From Nitrospirota bacterium (GTDB taxonomy: Bacteria > Nitrospirota > Nitrospiria > 2-01-FULL-66-17), in NCBI GenBank assembly GCA_049325335.1, contig JBMOMC010000043.1, positions 341,852-405,851 on the forward strand: 64,000 nt of DNA. Reading direction: 5' to 3'. Of the stretch, positions 19,269-29,723 are shown in pieces. Numbering within the stretch: position 1 is the stretch's first letter; every line of letters starts with the position of its first letter. The position numbers and the translations under genes were made by a program. Under the pieces are notes generated by a model. The model was not told the origin of the DNA and did not search any database. It saw nothing but the letters and a program-made list of their open reading frames with translations.

Positions 19269-19290
19269 GGGCGCGGCATGCCGTGCCCCT
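19265..19290. repeat. GTAG-type REP palindrome
   Basis: GTAGGGGCGCGGCATGCCGTGCCCCT: a GTAG tetranucleotide plus hairpin that overlaps the TAG stop, between convergent genes. Confidence 0.65.
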
Positions 19291-19316
19291 CTGTGAAATC
19301 GTCCGGTGTGTTTTTT

Positions 19317-20150
19317 TTATGACACGGATTGCGCGCAGCGGAAGCCGAAGTCCCGATACCTTGCGATAGGCGGTTTTGGGAACCGGTAGGCGCTCCGGTA
19401 GAATTCGGGCAATGCATAATGCCCGACGCCTCCCCAACCTCCGCCTTTTAACACCTTGAACGTGCGGCCGAACTGGTCGGAGTGGTAGCTGCTGCCGGGA
19501 TGGGGCAGGTACCAATCCGACGTCCACTCCCACGCGTTCCCGGCCATGTCTTCGACGCCGTACGGGCTACGACCGTCGGGAAAACTCCCCACGTCCACCA
19601 GCCCGCCGCGGTTTGCGTCGCCGGTGTTGGCCTTCTTGCCGTCGTAGTCGTTGCCCCAGGGAAATTCACGTCCGTCCGCGCCGCGTGCGGCCTTTTCCCA
19701 CTCGGTTTCGGTGGGCAGCCGCTTGCCGCGCCACTCGCAGTAGCGCTGGGCTTGGAACCAGTCCACGCCCGTGACCGGCCGTTGCTCGGTCCCAGCCGGC
19801 GGGACGCCGTTGGTCCAGTGCTCGGGCGCGGGCTCGCCGGTCGTGCGCACGAACGCGGCGTACGCGGATTGGGTGACTTCATACCGATCGATACGGAAGT
19901 CCGGCAGTGTGATGGGTTGCTGCGGATGCTCGTCCAGGTACAGGGGTTTGGCGAAGCCGAATTCGTTACCGCGGCCCTCGGTGTCCACGCGATCACTGCC
20001 CATCAGGAACTCCCCGGCAGGAATCAGAATCATGCCGCGGTCGGCGGCGGACGGGGCGTCGATGGTCCGCGCGGCCCAATACCCGCCTCCGACCGCAATC
20101 GCGGCCACCGCAAGCACGGCGATCAGGAGTTGAACGCGCACGGACTGCAT
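19317..20150 (-). CDS. FGE-sulfatase (SUMF1/NirV-like) domain protein, membrane-anchored, lacking FGE catalytic Cys
   Basis: MILIPAGEFLMGS, DEHPQ, YEVT, RLPTETEWEKAARG, DMAGNAWEW, GFRCA. Start moved to 20150 because the 20300 ATG lies inside a repeat element. Confidence 0.85.
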   Translation of the reverse strand: MQSVRVQLLIAVLAVAAIAVGGGYWAARTIDAPSAADRGMILIPAGEFLMGSDRVDTEGRGNEFGFAKPLYLDEHPQQPITLPDFRIDRYEVTQSAYAAFVRTTGEPAPEHWTNGVPPAGTEQRPVTGVDWFQAQRYCEWRGKRLPTETEWEKAARGADGREFPWGNDYDGKKANTGDANRGGLVDVGSFPDGRSPYGVEDMAGNAWEWTSDWYLPHPGSSYHSDQFGRTFKVLKGGGWGGVGHYALPEFYRSAYRFPKPPIARYRDFGFRCAQSVS

Positions 20151-20191
20151 GTCGAGGTCACCGAGGACCCTGTTCGAGTATTCGGCCATTT

Positions 20192-20314
20192 GAGTCCGTC
20201 CAGGAATGAGCCAGATGCAAGGCGGAGCGAGAACCGGAGCGGAGCGTACTGTATCGTACGTGAGCACCGGAAGCGCAGCGACAACGCAGCAGATGGCCAT
20301 TCATGGACGGACTC
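20192..20314. repeat. 123-bp palindromic MITE/RPE-like element
   Basis: Terminal inverted repeats GAGTCCGTCCAGGAATG / CATTCATGGACGGACTC (16/17), with an internal GCGTAC..GTACGTGAG core. Confidence 0.7.
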
Positions 20315-21119
20315 CCCGCGCGCACCGAAACCCGATGTCGCGGAACCGTTGGTCGGGCGCGTGATAGAAGCGGTATGCGGCGCGGTAGAAGTGGGCCACG
20401 GTGTAGTGCCCGGCTGATCCGCCCCAACTGCTGTTGCGCACGCTGCGGAACTTCTCTCCGAATGCCGGGCTTGTATCGGTGGACCCGGGGTAGGCTTGAT
20501 ACCAATCCGCGACCCACTCCGACACATTGCCCGCCATGTCGTACGCCCCGTGCGGACTGACGCCCTGGGGGAAGCTGCCGACCGGCGCAAGCCCCGTGCT
20601 CCCGATGTTGCCCTTCGTGGCATCAAATTCGTTCCCCCACGGATATTCGCGTCCGTCGGTCCCGCGCGCGGCTTTTTCCCACTCGGCTTCGGTGGGGAGA
20701 CGCTTCCCGGCCCATCGGCAAAAGGCGTCCGCCTCGAACCAGGTGACGCCGGTCACGGGCCAGGTGACTTGCTCAGGAGGAAAACGTCCGTCCGGCCATG
20801 TAGGGGGCGAGGGCGCGCGGGTCGCGTCGATGTAGGCGCGGTATTGTTGGTTCGTCACTTCGTAAGCGTCGATTTCGTACGCGGGCAATGTCACCGTGCG
20901 TTGGGGGTGTTCGTCCAGAAACAACGGTTTGGCGGTCCCGAACTCCGTGCCTTGCTGCGCGGTATCGACCTGATCGCTGCCCATGATGAAGTCGCCCTCT
21001 GGTATGCGAACCATGTCGCCGATCTTGGGCGGGCGCGCCGGGTCGCGGCCCGCGGGCTTCTGGCATCCGAGCGCAACGGTCAGCGCAAGAAACAGCGCGA
21101 CCGCGGCCACGCGCGTCAC
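20301..21119 (-). CDS. FGE-sulfatase domain lipoprotein (paralog of the adjacent gene)
   Basis: GTG at 21119 overlaps the upstream stop; lipobox ALGC; RLPTEAEWEKAARG, DMAGNVSEW, GFRCA. Confidence 0.85.
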   Translation of the reverse strand: MTRVAAVALFLALTVALGCQKPAGRDPARPPKIGDMVRIPEGDFIMGSDQVDTAQQGTEFGTAKPLFLDEHPQRTVTLPAYEIDAYEVTNQQYRAYIDATRAPSPPTWPDGRFPPEQVTWPVTGVTWFEADAFCRWAGKRLPTEAEWEKAARGTDGREYPWGNEFDATKGNIGSTGLAPVGSFPQGVSPHGAYDMAGNVSEWVADWYQAYPGSTDTSPAFGEKFRSVRNSSWGGSAGHYTVAHFYRAAYRFYHAPDQRFRDIGFRCARGVRP

Positions 21120-22336
21120 AGAAACAACCCGAAACGATTGAAGAACCGACGGAGGGGCGTGCGATCGGGATCGGAGAACCGGCTGATTCCGACGCGGGTG
21201 CCGAACCACTTGTTGCCTTCTTTATCCACCCCGATGGAGTAGACGAAGTTGTCGATCAGGCCGTCTCGGGTGGTGTACGTGCGCCAGCGCGTGCCGTCGA
21301 ACCAGCTTGCGCCGCCGTCGGTTCCGGCCCAGAGGAGGCCGTTGTGATCAACCGCCAAGGCAAAGACAAAATTGCCGCCGAGGCCGTCGGCCTTGGAATA
21401 CGTGGTCCAGGTTCGGCCGTCAAAGCGTGACACGCCGCCGCCGTAGGTGCCGAACCACTTTCGGTTGTCCCGGTCCACGGCCGCGGAAACCACGTAGTTG
21501 GGGTTGGTGGCCGCGGCTTGTTTCGAGGGGTCGAGATGGTGCGGGTTGCCGAACGCATAGGACGGGTCCTTCACGATTTCGCCGGTGTCGAACCCGAGTC
21601 CGTCGGCGTGCGTGTAGCTTGTCCACTTCACCCCGTCGAAACTGGATACGCCGCCCTCGGTGCCGAACCACATCACGTCGCGTTGGTCGATGGCGATCGC
21701 ATAGACCCACTTATCCACCAAGCCTGCGTCCACCGAATACGTGGTAAATCCGCACGGCGTCGCCAGTGCAGAACGAGAATCGGGGCGTCTGCGGTTCTCT
21801 CGGGCGGCGGAACACCCCTCGTCGAACAGGCTCACGCCCTTCCAGGTCGCCACCCACATCCGGCCTCGGCGGTCGAACGCCACGTCGTACACCCACAGAT
21901 CGCCCAGGCCTCGCCCCTGCGGGTAAGGCGCCCAACTGCCGCGGTAGTCGGTGGTGAGGCCGGAGCCGTAGGGTGCATAGGTCGTCCATTGGTTGCCGTC
22001 GAACTTGGCGAGCCCGCCGCCGTACGTGCCGATCCACTTGTTGCCGTCCCGGTCCACCTCGATGGCGTAGACTCCTGTGCTCAACAACTGGCCTCCGGTG
22101 CTCGCCGGCGTATAAAGGTCGAAGTCCCTCTCCGTGCGACGGTCGTGGCGGATCACACCCCCGAACATGCCGAGCCAGAGATAATGATCCTCGAAGGCCA
22201 TGCTCATAACCCTCGCACGAGTGTTGACGTTGTGCCAGCGCGATGGCGCGGCCGCGCCGGCTGCTGATGAACCAGCGGCAAGGGCGACGGTCGAGATCAG
22301 AAGAACGGCCAATAACGTGGCGTGGCCACGACGCAT
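21116..22336 (-). CDS. Exported beta-propeller protein of two-component regulator propeller (Reg_prop) repeats, no kinase domain
   Basis: Repeated D.DGNKWIGTYGGGL / WFGTEGGVS / DGL..NFV units; signal peptide from ATG 22336. Confidence 0.85.
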   Translation of the reverse strand: MRRGHATLLAVLLISTVALAAGSSAAGAAAPSRWHNVNTRARVMSMAFEDHYLWLGMFGGVIRHDRRTERDFDLYTPASTGGQLLSTGVYAIEVDRDGNKWIGTYGGGLAKFDGNQWTTYAPYGSGLTTDYRGSWAPYPQGRGLGDLWVYDVAFDRRGRMWVATWKGVSLFDEGCSAARENRRRPDSRSALATPCGFTTYSVDAGLVDKWVYAIAIDQRDVMWFGTEGGVSSFDGVKWTSYTHADGLGFDTGEIVKDPSYAFGNPHHLDPSKQAAATNPNYVVSAAVDRDNRKWFGTYGGGVSRFDGRTWTTYSKADGLGGNFVFALAVDHNGLLWAGTDGGASWFDGTRWRTYTTRDGLIDNFVYSIGVDKEGNKWFGTRVGISRFSDPDRTPLRRFFNRFGLFL

Positions 22337-22401
22337 GAGGTGCCTCAGGAAGATTGAAAACTGTAGCAAAAACAGCGGTGATGACGCAACATGAAGGCAC
22401 G

Positions 22402-25209
22402 CTATTTCGCGCTCCGCAGGAACTGGCCGGTGAGTGAGCGTTCAACGCGCGCGACTTCATCCGGCGTGCCCGCGGCCACGATGTCCCCGCCCCCGTCGCC
22501 CCCTTCCGGGCCCAGATCGATCACGTAGTCCGCGTTGCGAATCACGTCCAGGTTGTGCTCGATCACCACCACGGTGTTGCCGGATTCCACCAGCCGGTTC
22601 AACACGTCCAGCAAGCGCTGGATGTCGGCAAAGTGCAGTCCGGTGGTGGGCTCATCGAGAATATACAACGTGTTCCCGGTGGCTCGGCGCGAGAGTTCTT
22701 TGGCGAGTTTCACGCGCTGCGCTTCGCCGCCGGATAGGGTCGTGGCGGACTGGCCGAGCCGCACATAGTCCAACCCCACGTCGTGCAGGGTTTCAACCTT
22801 CTGTCTGATCGCCGGGATCGCGGCGAAGAACTCCAAGGCTTGTTCCGCGGTCATGTCCAGCACGTCCGCGATCGCGCGGTCCTTGTAGCGCACGTCGAGC
22901 GTCTCACGGTTATAGCGGCGGCCGTGACAGGCCTCGCAGGTCACGTACACGTCCGGAAGAAAGTGCATTTCGATTTTGATCACGCCGTCGCCCTGACACG
23001 CCTCGCAACGGCCGCCTTTCACGTTGAACGAATACCGTCCCACCTTGTACCCACGCGCCTTGGACTCCGGGAGCTGGGCGAACAGATCGCGGATGAACGT
23101 GAATACCCCGGTGTAGGTGGCGGGGTTGGAGCGGGGCGTGCGGCCGATCGGGGACTGGTCCACGTTGACGACTTTATCCAACGACTCCGCGCCGGTAATG
23201 GCCCGGCACGCGCCCGGGCGGTCCGAGGCGCGGTAGAGCCGCTGCACGAGTGTCTTATAGAGAATGTCGATCACGAGCGTGCTCTTGCCTGATCCGGATA
23301 CGCCGGTCACGCAGGTGAGCAGGCCGAGCGGAATCGTCACGGTCAGGTCTTTGAGGTTGTGTTCGGTGGCGCCAACGATCGAGAGGTATTTCGTGGCCGG
23401 GCGGAGCCGCGGCGGGAGTTCGACCCGCAATTGTTTGGTCAAATACTTCCCGGTCAATGACGCGGGGTGTGCCATGATCGCGGCGGGCGGGCCCTCGGCG
23501 ACCACCGCGCCGCCGTGCAGGCCCGCGCCCGGTCCCATGTCAATCACGTGGTCTGCGGCCAGGATCGTCTCCTCGTCATGTTCCACCACCAGCACGGAGT
23601 TTCCGATGTCGCGCAGACGAGTGAGCGCGCTGAGCAGCCGCTGGTTGTCGCGTTGGTGGAGCCCGATCGACGGCTCGTCAAGGATATAGAGCACGCCCAC
23701 CAGCGACGCGCCGATTTGGGTGGCGAGCCGGATGCGTTGTCCTTCCCCGCCCGACAAGGTGGCGGCCGGTCGGTCGAGGGTCAAATAGTCCACGCCCACG
23801 TTGACCAGGAAGCCGAGGCGCTCTCGGATCTCTTTCAGAAGTCGGTCGGCGATGCGCGCGTCTTGTTCGCTCAACCGCAGGTCCCGCATGAAGCGGTCCG
23901 CGCCGCGAATGGAGAGCCGGGTGAGCCCTGCGATATTCAACCCGCCAACGGTCACCGCGAGGCTTTCCGGTCTGAGTCGCGCGCTGTTGCAGGCGGAGCA
24001 CGGTTGTTCGGTCATGTACTGCTCGAATTCCGAGTGCAGCACCGGCGAGGTGGTTTCTCGGTACCGGCGCTCCAAATTGGGGATCACGCCTTCGAACGGG
24101 CGCCGCACCGCGTGCCGCCTCCCGCCCTTGTCGATCCACTGGTCGATCAACTCCGGCCCGGACCCGTACAGGATCGCGCGCCGGTGGGCCTGGTCGAGCT
24201 GCTCGAAGGGTGCGCGCACCGAGAAGCCGTAGTGACGCGCCACGGCTTCCAGGAGGTCGTCGTAGTACGCGGAGGTTCGTTTCTGCCACGGCCGGATCGC
24301 GCCCTCGCGCAGGGAGAGTTCGGGATGGGGGGTCACCCGCGCCGGATCAAAGACCCGCATCACGCCCAACCCGTCGCAGGACGGACACGCGCCGTGCGGG
24401 CTGTTGAACGAGAACAGGCGTGGCTCGATCTCGGGCACGCTCGCGTTGCAGTGGCTGCACGCGAGGCGTTCGCTGAACAGATGATCCGTCGCGCCGTCCA
24501 CATTGACGATCGCCATGCCATCGCCCAGCGGCAGCGCGGCTTCCAGCGAGTCCGCCAAGCGTCGCTCGATGCCGGGTTTGACCGCCAGCCGGTCCACCAC
24601 GATCTCCACGGTGTGGGTCTTCTTCTTGTCCAACTCGACCACGTCTTCGATCTGGACCCACGCACCGTCCACGCGGGCGCGCACGAACCCTTTGCGGACC
24701 ATTTGCGCGAGTTCTTTCTTATATTCGCCCTTGCGCCCCCGCACGATCGGCGCCAGGACTTGGATCTTGGCGCCCTCGCGCAACGCCATGACCGCGTCCA
24801 CCATCTGCGAGACGGTTTGCGCCGCGATGGGACGGCCGCACCGGTGGCACGCGACCGCGCCCACCCGCGCAAAGAGCAGGCGGAGGTAATCGTACAGTTC
24901 GGTGACGGTCCCGACCGTGGAGCGGGGGTTGTGGCTGGTGGTCTTTTGTTCGATCGCGATGGCGGGGGAGAGTCCGTCGATCGAATCCACGTCCGGTTTG
25001 TCCATCTGTTGGAGGAACTGGCGCGCGTAGGCGGACAAGGACTCCACGTAGCGGCGTTGCCCCTCGGCAAAAATCGTGTCGAACGCGAGCGAGGATTTGC
25101 CGGACCCCGAGAGCCCGGTGATCACTACGAGTTTGTCGCGCGGGATCGTGACGTCGAGATTTTTGAGGTTGTGCGTCCTCGCGCCCTTGACGATGATCGA
25201 TGTCGCCAC
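22402..25209 (-). CDS. uvrA: Excinuclease ABC subunit A
   Basis: GARTHNLKN, two Walker A motifs ([16 protein letters not shown]), zinc fingers, [17 protein letters not shown]. Confidence 0.98.
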   Translation of the reverse strand: MATSIIVKGARTHNLKNLDVTIPRDKLVVITGLSGSGKSSLAFDTIFAEGQRRYVESLSAYARQFLQQMDKPDVDSIDGLSPAIAIEQKTTSHNPRSTVGTVTELYDYLRLLFARVGAVACHRCGRPIAAQTVSQMVDAVMALREGAKIQVLAPIVRGRKGEYKKELAQMVRKGFVRARVDGAWVQIEDVVELDKKKTHTVEIVVDRLAVKPGIERRLADSLEAALPLGDGMAIVNVDGATDHLFSERLACSHCNASVPEIEPRLFSFNSPHGACPSCDGLGVMRVFDPARVTPHPELSLREGAIRPWQKRTSAYYDDLLEAVARHYGFSVRAPFEQLDQAHRRAILYGSGPELIDQWIDKGGRRHAVRRPFEGVIPNLERRYRETTSPVLHSEFEQYMTEQPCSACNSARLRPESLAVTVGGLNIAGLTRLSIRGADRFMRDLRLSEQDARIADRLLKEIRERLGFLVNVGVDYLTLDRPAATLSGGEGQRIRLATQIGASLVGVLYILDEPSIGLHQRDNQRLLSALTRLRDIGNSVLVVEHDEETILAADHVIDMGPGAGLHGGAVVAEGPPAAIMAHPASLTGKYLTKQLRVELPPRLRPATKYLSIVGATEHNLKDLTVTIPLGLLTCVTGVSGSGKSTLVIDILYKTLVQRLYRASDRPGACRAITGAESLDKVVNVDQSPIGRTPRSNPATYTGVFTFIRDLFAQLPESKARGYKVGRYSFNVKGGRCEACQGDGVIKIEMHFLPDVYVTCEACHGRRYNRETLDVRYKDRAIADVLDMTAEQALEFFAAIPAIRQKVETLHDVGLDYVRLGQSATTLSGGEAQRVKLAKELSRRATGNTLYILDEPTTGLHFADIQRLLDVLNRLVESGNTVVVIEHNLDVIRNADYVIDLGPEGGDGGGDIVAAGTPDEVARVERSLTGQFLRSAK

Positions 25210-25214
25210 GGAGG

Positions 25215-27599
25215 TTACGAGTCGGTGGCTAACGTGATGATCGTGGCGGCGTCGCCGCCCTCGGTCTCGTCGCCGGGTTGGTGCGACGAGACATACCGCG
25301 AATCAGCCAGGTGGGATCGAATCGCAGCCTTGAGCCGGCCGGTGCCGTGACCGTGCAACACGCGCAGGCGGGTGACGCCACTGGCGGCGGCCTGGTCGAG
25401 CGCACGATCAATCAACTCCAGCGCGGCATCCACGCGTTGGCCGATCACGTTGATCGTCTCGGGGCCTGGTTCGGGCGCGCTGGGACGGCCGCCGGATACA
25501 GGGGGTGCGCTTGGTGACTCCGACGTCTTCGCGGGACGGAGGTCGTTGGCGGGAACCGACACCTCGCGATCCCCCATGCGTACGCGCACGCGTTTGCGTC
25601 CGTGCGTGGCGTCCACCAGCACGCCGTCCGCGCGCAGCGACGCCACCCGCACGCGCGCTCCCGCCGGGTAATCGATCGGCGTCCCCGCCGGGTCCGGTTC
25701 CGAGGACTCCTGCTCGCGGGGCGCGGCCACGGCCGAGACTTTCGGGATCAACACACGGATCGTGCGCACATCGGGTTCGCGGCGCGCCTGATCCAGGATC
25801 GCATCCAGTTCCGTCTTGGCGCGGCGGACTTCGGCGGCCAGGCGTTCGCGTTTTGTGCTCGCAAAGGCTTCGCGCTCGCGCTCCAATTGCGCCGCGGCCG
25901 CGTCCTGACGCAAGGCGGCCTCGCGCGCCGCGGCCTCGAGCGCGGTCAGGTGTTCGCGAAGATCGGCCGCCACGCCGCGTTCACGCTCCAGCGCCGCGAT
26001 CGCCTGCCCCAGCGCCGCGGCTTGCGGGGCCACCAATCCACGCGCCCGTTCCAGGATCGACATCGGCAGTCCCAGGCGCGCCGCAACCTCGATGCCGAGG
26101 CTCGCGCCGGGACGGCCGAGCGCGAGGCGGTAGGTGGGCGTCATGGTGTCCACGTTGTACCCCATGCCCGCGCTGACGCGATCGCGTGCGCCGGGATCCT
26201 GCGCGGCCCACGCCTTGAGCGTGGTGTAGTGCGTGGTCACCACGGTCATCACGTTCCGGGCCATGAACGCTTCAACCATAGCTTGCGCCAGGGCCGCGCC
26301 CTCCTCCGGGTCCGTGGCGGTGGCCAGTTCGTCGAGCAGGATCAACGAGCCCGCGGGCGCGGTGTCGATCAACGCGCGCACCACGCGCACGTGCGCCGCG
26401 AACGTGGACAGGTCCCGCGCCAGGTCCTGATCATCGCCCGCGTCCATGAGCACGGCAGGGAAGACCGGAGAGATCGAATCGGAATCACACGGCAACGGCA
26501 TCCCGGCGCGGGTCATGAGCGCGGCCAGTCCCATGGCCTTGAGCAGCACGGTTTTCCCGCCGGTGTTGGGCCCGGAGATCACGAGGGCTCGGGCCTCGGG
26601 TTCGAGCGTCACGTCATTGGGCACGACCGCGATCCCGCGCAATGCGAGCAAGGGGTGGCGCAGCCCGCGCCACGCGATCTCCCGGGTTCGAGCGATGGTG
26701 GGTATCATGCCGTGATACGCAAGGCCCAGACGTCCTTTGGCTTGGATCACGTCGAGCGCGGTGAGAGTTTCGACGTTGGTTTCAAGGGCGCCGCGTTGCG
26801 CGGCGATCAGGTCCGTGAGACCGCGGAAGATCCGCTCGATTTCCTGCGCCACCGCCAGTTCGGCCCATTTGAGATCGTTGTTGGCCTCGACGAGTTCTTC
26901 GGGCTCGATGAACACGCTCGCGCCGCTGGCGGACAGTTCGTGGATGATTCCCGGGACTTTGGCGCGGTGTTCGATCTTGATCGGGAGCACGTACCGGTCT
27001 TCGCGTTGCGTCACGAAGGTGTCTTGCAGCCACGGCTCGTACTGGGGGGCGCGCAGCAACTCGCCGACGCGATCGACAATCGTCTGACGGAGGCGGTCCA
27101 CCTCGCGTCTCAGGTGGCGCAACTGGGGCGTGGCGGATTCGCGCAGGCGGCCTTGCGGGTCGATCGCCTCGTTCAGCTCGCGACGAACTTGGGGTAATTC
27201 GTGCAGCGTCTGCGCGCGGGCGGCCAAGCGGATGAGGTCGGCATTCGCGCTCAACACGCGTTTCACATCACGGACCTGGTCCAACACCACCGCGATCTCG
27301 CGACACTGCTCCGCGTTGAGTAGCCCGCCGGGCACGGCCGCGCACAGGGCGGGACGCGGATCTGAGTCGCCGGCGAACGGCAAATCTCCCGCGCGATCTC
27401 GGAGCGCGGTCCATTCCCGGAGTTCCTCGTACCGATCGGCGACGGCCTTGGCATCGCCGGTCCCGTTGAGCGCCGCGCAGCGCTGTTTCGCGATCGGGGT
27501 CACGGCATGTTCCGCGAGACGGGCGAGCAACGCGTGCCAATCCAGCAGCAGTTCGGTCCGGTGTTCGAGCTCGGTTCGGTGTGAATCAATGGGGATCAT
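25215..27599 (-). CDS. mutS2: Endonuclease MutS2
   Basis: [33 protein letters not shown], coiled coil and C-terminal Smr (HGHGTGRLK). Confidence 0.93.
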   Translation of the reverse strand: MIPIDSHRTELEHRTELLLDWHALLARLAEHAVTPIAKQRCAALNGTGDAKAVADRYEELREWTALRDRAGDLPFAGDSDPRPALCAAVPGGLLNAEQCREIAVVLDQVRDVKRVLSANADLIRLAARAQTLHELPQVRRELNEAIDPQGRLRESATPQLRHLRREVDRLRQTIVDRVGELLRAPQYEPWLQDTFVTQREDRYVLPIKIEHRAKVPGIIHELSASGASVFIEPEELVEANNDLKWAELAVAQEIERIFRGLTDLIAAQRGALETNVETLTALDVIQAKGRLGLAYHGMIPTIARTREIAWRGLRHPLLALRGIAVVPNDVTLEPEARALVISGPNTGGKTVLLKAMGLAALMTRAGMPLPCDSDSISPVFPAVLMDAGDDQDLARDLSTFAAHVRVVRALIDTAPAGSLILLDELATATDPEEGAALAQAMVEAFMARNVMTVVTTHYTTLKAWAAQDPGARDRVSAGMGYNVDTMTPTYRLALGRPGASLGIEVAARLGLPMSILERARGLVAPQAAALGQAIAALERERGVAADLREHLTALEAAAREAALRQDAAAAQLEREREAFASTKRERLAAEVRRAKTELDAILDQARREPDVRTIRVLIPKVSAVAAPREQESSEPDPAGTPIDYPAGARVRVASLRADGVLVDATHGRKRVRVRMGDREVSVPANDLRPAKTSESPSAPPVSGGRPSAPEPGPETINVIGQRVDAALELIDRALDQAAASGVTRLRVLHGHGTGRLKAAIRSHLADSRYVSSHQPGDETEGGDAATIITLATDS

Positions 27600-27676
27600 C
27601 GCGACCTGCCGAGCATAACAGGGGCCGGAAGGTCTCAGCAAGGCGCCTCCCGTACGGAGGAAAATTCATGCTTGTC

Positions 27677-27707
27677 TTGACACCGGCCTAGATTAGAATT
27701 ATTATTA
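27677..27707 (+). promoter_or_regulatory. Sigma70 promoter overlapped by a Per box
   Basis: TTGACA(27677)-17-TATTAT(27700). TTAGAATTATTATTA (27693-27707) resembles the PerR consensus TTATAATnATTATAA. Confidence 0.75.
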
Positions 27708-27711
27708 TTTC

Positions 27712-28122
27712 ATGCAATCGCAAGACGTGTCGCGGCTTCTGGCGGACAAAGCGCTCAAGGTTACGCCCCAGCGGGTAGCGGTATTGGAGTTCCTGCGCGG
27801 CAATACCACGCATCCGTCGGTTGACGACGTGTTTCAACAGGTGCGCAAGCGTTTCCCGTCGATCTCCCGCGCCACCATCTACAACACGGTTACAACATTG
27901 GTCGAGGCCGGGTTGCTTCAGGAGGTCATGATTCAGCAGGAAAAGACCCATGTGGACTGGAACGTGGATCGGCACCACCACTTTCAGTGTCTGAAGTGTG
28001 GAATTGTGAAGGACATCCAGTACGAGGCGCTGACCGCCGAGCAGGTGTCAAAGAAGGTGTCCGGTCACCTGGTGACCGGGGTCAAGGTGGTCATGGAGGG
28101 CGTGTGTGAGGGGTGCCGGTAG
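27712..28122 (+). CDS. perR: Fur-family peroxide-sensing repressor
   Basis: TPQR, HPS, SRATIYN, D..HHHFQCLKC..D, C-terminal CEGC. Asp at the PerR-type position and located next to a peroxidase. Confidence 0.8.
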   Translation: MQSQDVSRLLADKALKVTPQRVAVLEFLRGNTTHPSVDDVFQQVRKRFPSISRATIYNTVTTLVEAGLLQEVMIQQEKTHVDWNVDRHHHFQCLKCGIVKDIQYEALTAEQVSKKVSGHLVTGVKVVMEGVCEGCR

Positions 28123-28179
28123 AATTTTTTTTGTTCAATACTTAGACTAAGTATTATTTGGTATTTAGTTTCTTATAAT
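28123..28179 (+). promoter_or_regulatory. AT-rich intergenic region with possible degenerate Per boxes
   Basis: TTAGACTAAGTATTAT and TTTAGTTTCTTATAA in a very AT-rich stretch between perR and ccp. Confidence 0.45.
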
Positions 28180-28207
28180 GAAGGCCTCATCGAGAGGAGA
28201 GAGGACC

Positions 28208-29290
28208 ATGCACAGGTTGCAACTGAACGGGAGGGGGAAGGTGTTCGCGAGGGGGGTAGTCAACGCGGCGTGGGCGGCTGCAGTCGGAGCGATGGTGGCC
28301 GCGCCTGCCTTTGCCGAGGGGATGGATGTGACGCGGGAGGCCAACAAGTACTTCAAACCGCTTCCCGAGACCATGGCCGCGCCCAAGGACAACCCGACGA
28401 CCGCGGCTCGGGTCGCCTTGGGCAAGATGTTGTTTTTTGAGCCGAGGCTGTCCAAGAGCAACACGATTAGTTGCAACACGTGCCACAATTTGGCCACCGG
28501 CGGTGTCGACAATCTACCGACTTCGATGGGCCATCTGGCGCAGTTCGGCCCGCGCAATTCGCCGACGGTCTTGAACGCGGGACTTCAGATCGCCCAGTTC
28601 TGGGACGGGCGCGCGGCCACGTTGGAGGATCAAGCCAAAGGGCCGATCCTCAACCCGCTTGAAATGGCGATGCCGGACGTCGACATGGTGCTCTCACGCA
28701 TCAGGACCATTCCGGAGTACGCGGAGCGGTTTCAGCGCGCGTTTCCCGGTGAACGTGATCCCGTCAGCTACGGCAATATCGCCAAAGCCATCGCGGCGTT
28801 TGAACGGACGTTGGTGACGCCGTCGCGGTTCGACGATTTTCTCAACGGCAAGGCCGATGCGTTGACGCCGACCGAGCAGCAGGGATTGTTGGTGGTGATT
28901 CAGAAGGGCTGCGTCGCGTGTCACAACGGCGTGGGCTCCGGGGGCGGACTGTACCAGAAGTTTGGAATCCGTGATCGGTACGAGTACAGCGACGATCACG
29001 GCCGCTACACCGTGACCAAGAACGAGCAGGACAAATATTTCTTTAAGGTGCCGATGTGGAGGAACGTGACCAAAACCGCGCCCTATTTCCACGACGGATC
29101 GATCTGGGATCTCAAAGAGGCGATCCGGATCATGGGGCGCCTCCAACTCGGGACGCACTTGACGGACCAAGAGGTTGAACAGATCGCGGCGTTCCTCCAC
29201 TCGCTGGAAGGCCGCGTTCCGGACGATGCGATGCGGTTGCCGGCGTTGCCCGCATCGACGTTGGCCACGCCCAAGCCGGTGTTTAAGTAA
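28208..29290 (+). CDS. ccp: Diheme cytochrome c peroxidase
   Basis: LGKMLFFEPRLS, CNTCH, RNSPTVLN, QFWDGRA, CVACH, FKVP..RNV, APYFHDGS; RBS before ATG 28208. Confidence 0.92.
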   Translation: MHRLQLNGRGKVFARGVVNAAWAAAVGAMVAAPAFAEGMDVTREANKYFKPLPETMAAPKDNPTTAARVALGKMLFFEPRLSKSNTISCNTCHNLATGGVDNLPTSMGHLAQFGPRNSPTVLNAGLQIAQFWDGRAATLEDQAKGPILNPLEMAMPDVDMVLSRIRTIPEYAERFQRAFPGERDPVSYGNIAKAIAAFERTLVTPSRFDDFLNGKADALTPTEQQGLLVVIQKGCVACHNGVGSGGGLYQKFGIRDRYEYSDDHGRYTVTKNEQDKYFFKVPMWRNVTKTAPYFHDGSIWDLKEAIRIMGRLQLGTHLTDQEVEQIAAFLHSLEGRVPDDAMRLPALPASTLATPKPVFK

Positions 29291-29348
29291 TCGTTTGCCG
29301 TCGACAATAGGGTCGGCGGGATATGGGGTAACCGGAGAGGAGCACGCA

Positions 29349-29663
29349 ATGAAGGTTCGATGGTTTCACACAGTGTCCATGGCGGGGCTGCTCGCGGCAG
29401 TGGCCGTGAGCGCGCAAGCGCAAGACGACTACGCGCTCAAAGCCTCAGGAACCAACCCGTTGTACCCGGCGGTCTCAGCCGAGGCAACGTTCGTTGGCAA
29501 GGTCGCGCCGGCTGCTGAGGAGACTCATGGGTTGAATGCCGAGGAGACGAATCCGTTCTACGCCGGGATCAACCGAGCGGAGTCGGTGACGTTCACCGGC
29601 GGTGTTGCGCCGATGGTCGGCGACCCGTCGTTAAAAGCCGCGGACGTCAACCCGCTGTACTAG
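29349..29663 (+). CDS. Small secreted protein with internal NP(L/F)Y repeats
   Basis: RBS GGAGAGGAG, signal peptide (AQA/Q) and three NPxY-containing repeats; followed by a hairpin. Confidence 0.7.
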   Translation: MKVRWFHTVSMAGLLAAVAVSAQAQDDYALKASGTNPLYPAVSAEATFVGKVAPAAEETHGLNAEETNPFYAGINRAESVTFTGGVAPMVGDPSLKAADVNPLY

Positions 29664-29690
29664 GCGCAGGACGTTCCGGGTGTTACGCCA

Positions 29691-29722
29691 CGGGGCGTCT
29701 CTCTCAAACGGGAGACGCCCCG
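29691..29722. terminator. Hairpin between convergent genes (probable bidirectional terminator)
   Basis: CGGGGCGTCTC / GAGACGCCCCG. Confidence 0.65.
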
Positions 29723-29723
29723 A

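Noticed and set aside
19317..21119. True formylglycine-generating enzymes or EgtB
   Set aside because: The catalytic Cys pair is absent, there is no DinB-like domain, and no sulfatase is nearby.
29349..29663. NPxY as a eukaryotic endocytosis-motif mimic
   Set aside because: There is no effector or secretion-system context, and such a short motif can easily be coincidental.
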